IMG/VR virus record: IMGVR_UViG_3300035499_000522
Span: 1-64,000 of that record
Reading direction: 5' to 3' (one strand)
Source: a virus
Lineage: Duplodnaviria; Caudoviricetes
Length of the DNA: 64,000 bases
The notes beneath the pieces were generated by a model, which made no database searches, was not told the DNA's origin, and was given only the letters and a program-made list of their open reading frames with translations. Numbering within the stretch: the first letter of the stretch is position 1; the number at the start of each line of letters is the position of its first letter. Below are positions 62,588 to 64,000 of this stretch, piece after piece. The translations under genes and the position numbers were made by a program.

Positions 62588-64000
62588 ATGGAAGAAAAAA
62601 TGAAACAACTTATTAATGAACTTAACAATTATACAGAACTATATGATAAAGGTACTCCTATAATTTCAGATAAAGAATATGATGAAAAATATTTTGAATT
62701 GAAAGAATTAGAAGAGAGTACAGGAATCGCCTTACCAAATTCCCCCACTCAAAAAATTTCTTATACTGTTGTAAACGAACTTACAAAAGTAAAACATGGT
62801 CATAAGATGCTCTCACTCGACAAGACAAAAAATATAGAGGATTTAAGCAAGTTTATAAATCATAAAGATGTTATTTTCATGGCTAAAATGGACGGTTTAA
62901 CTTGTAGTCTTTTGTATCAGAATGGAAAGTTAGTAAGAGCGGAAACTCGTGGTAATGGAGAAGTGGGAGAAGATATTACACATAATGCCATGATTATACC
63001 TTCTATTCCTAAAACTATTAGCAACAAAGAAAAAACTATTGTAGATGGTGAAATAATTTGTACTTATAAAAATTTTGAACCTTTTTCTTCCCAGTATAAA
63101 CATCCTCGTAATTTTGCATCTGGTTCTATTAGACTGCTTGATTCTAAAGAATGTGCTAATAGAAATCTTACTTTTGTAGCTTGGGATTTAATAACTAATA
63201 TACCAAATGATGTAGAACAAACTTTATCAAACAAATTGATGTATTTATACGCATTAAATTTTGTAACTGTACCATTTATTTATCTTAAAGATATTGATAC
63301 TATTGATAACATAATTACTCATATTACAGATACTTGCAAAGAACTTTCTTATCCAATAGATGGAATTGTAATTAAGTATAATGATTGTGAATATTACAAA
63401 TCTTTGGGTGAAACAAATCATCATAGCCGTGGCGGAATTGCTTACAAATTTTATGATGAAGAATATGAAACTCGTTTGTTAGACATAGAATGGAGCATGG
63501 GAAGAACAGGTATTCTTACTCCAGTAGCTATATTTGAGCCTGTTGAAATTGATGGCACAATTGTACAGAGAGCGAGTCTCCATAACATTAGTGTTATGAA
63601 AAATATATATCCCGAAGAATGGAATGATGCACTTGCAGTAACGGTTTATAAATCAAATCAAATAATACCTCAAATAAGCAGTGCTTTTCATAAGTATGAT
63701 TGTTGTGCAAAAAGATTTACTATTCCTCATTTTTGTCCAATTTGCAGAAAAGAAACAGAGATAACGCAAGATAATGATAGCGAAGTATTATACTGTATAA
63801 ATCCTCATTGCGATGGAAAATTTATCAATATACTCGACCATTTCTTTGGAAAGAGCGGACTTGATGTAAAAGGTTTATCAAAGGCAACATTTGAAAAGCT
63901 TATTGATTGGGGATACATTGGAAATATAAAAGAAGTATTTAGTCTTTCTACCTTTAAAGTTGAATGGATTTCAAAAGCAGGATTTGGAGAAAAATCTGTA
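62588..64000 (+). CDS. ligA: NAD-dependent DNA ligase (runs off the window)
   Basis: Y....P.ISD.EYD, MLSLDK, KMDG, TRGNG..GED, DGIV.K, GRTG.LTP, C..C zinc finger. Confidence 0.9.
   Translation, partial: MEEKMKQLINELNNYTELYDKGTPIISDKEYDEKYFELKELEESTGIALPNSPTQKISYTVVNELTKVKHGHKMLSLDKTKNIEDLSKFINHKDVIFMAKMDGLTCSLLYQNGKLVRAETRGNGEVGEDITHNAMIIPSIPKTISNKEKTIVDGEIICTYKNFEPFSSQYKHPRNFASGSIRLLDSKECANRNLTFVAWDLITNIPNDVEQTLSNKLMYLYALNFVTVPFIYLKDIDTIDNIITHITDTCKELSYPIDGIVIKYNDCEYYKSLGETNHHSRGGIAYKFYDEEYETRLLDIEWSMGRTGILTPVAIFEPVEIDGTIVQRASLHNISVMKNIYPEEWNDALAVTVYKSNQIIPQISSAFHKYDCCAKRFTIPHFCPICRKETEITQDNDSEVLYCINPHCDGKFINILDHFFGKSGLDVKGLSKATFEKLIDWGYIGNIKEVFSLSTFKVEWISKAGFGEKSV

Overview
A 64-kb segment of a large, AT-rich lytic-type phage genome, very likely infecting a Firmicutes/Clostridia host (sigmaA-type TTGACA-17-TATAAT promoters, GGAGG/AGGAG RBSs). 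The phage reads TAG as Gln (genetic code 15). Many genes that the supplied ORF track shows as fragments (PAPS-reductase-like enzyme, tail proteins, holin, endolysin, a wHTH protein, an intron homing endonuclease) are intact once TAG=Gln is applied, and an amber suppressor tRNA(CUA) lies at 36480-36570. Layout: (1) 1-11 kb, small early genes in promoter/terminator cassettes; (2) 11-13.5 kb, a repeat-rich strand-switch region around a TAG-rich wHTH gene (possible origin); (3) 13.5-16.4 kb, a tandem array of 11 paralogous small proteins; (4) 18-26 kb, accessory genes (kinase-like, ArfA-like, PARG-like) and 3 tRNAs; (5) 26.4-33.3 kb, a fibre-like module ending in a Tyr-rich protein, radical SAM/SPASM, UPF0489-like and GT8 genes; (6) 35.2-37.5 kb, a tRNA array interleaved with a conserved ncRNA-like element (7 copies in the window), one copy carrying a circularly permuted tRNA mimic (YrlA/Y-RNA architecture), followed by a TROVE-like DUF2828-vWA gene; (7) tail/LRR genes, RNA-repair genes, PhoH, a lysis cassette, gyrB split by two group I introns, gyrA and a partial NAD-dependent ligase. 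The two best candidates for undescribed systems are the Y-RNA-like array with DUF2828 and the Tyr-rich/rSAM/GT8 operon. All family assignments come from motif recognition by eye, not database searches.
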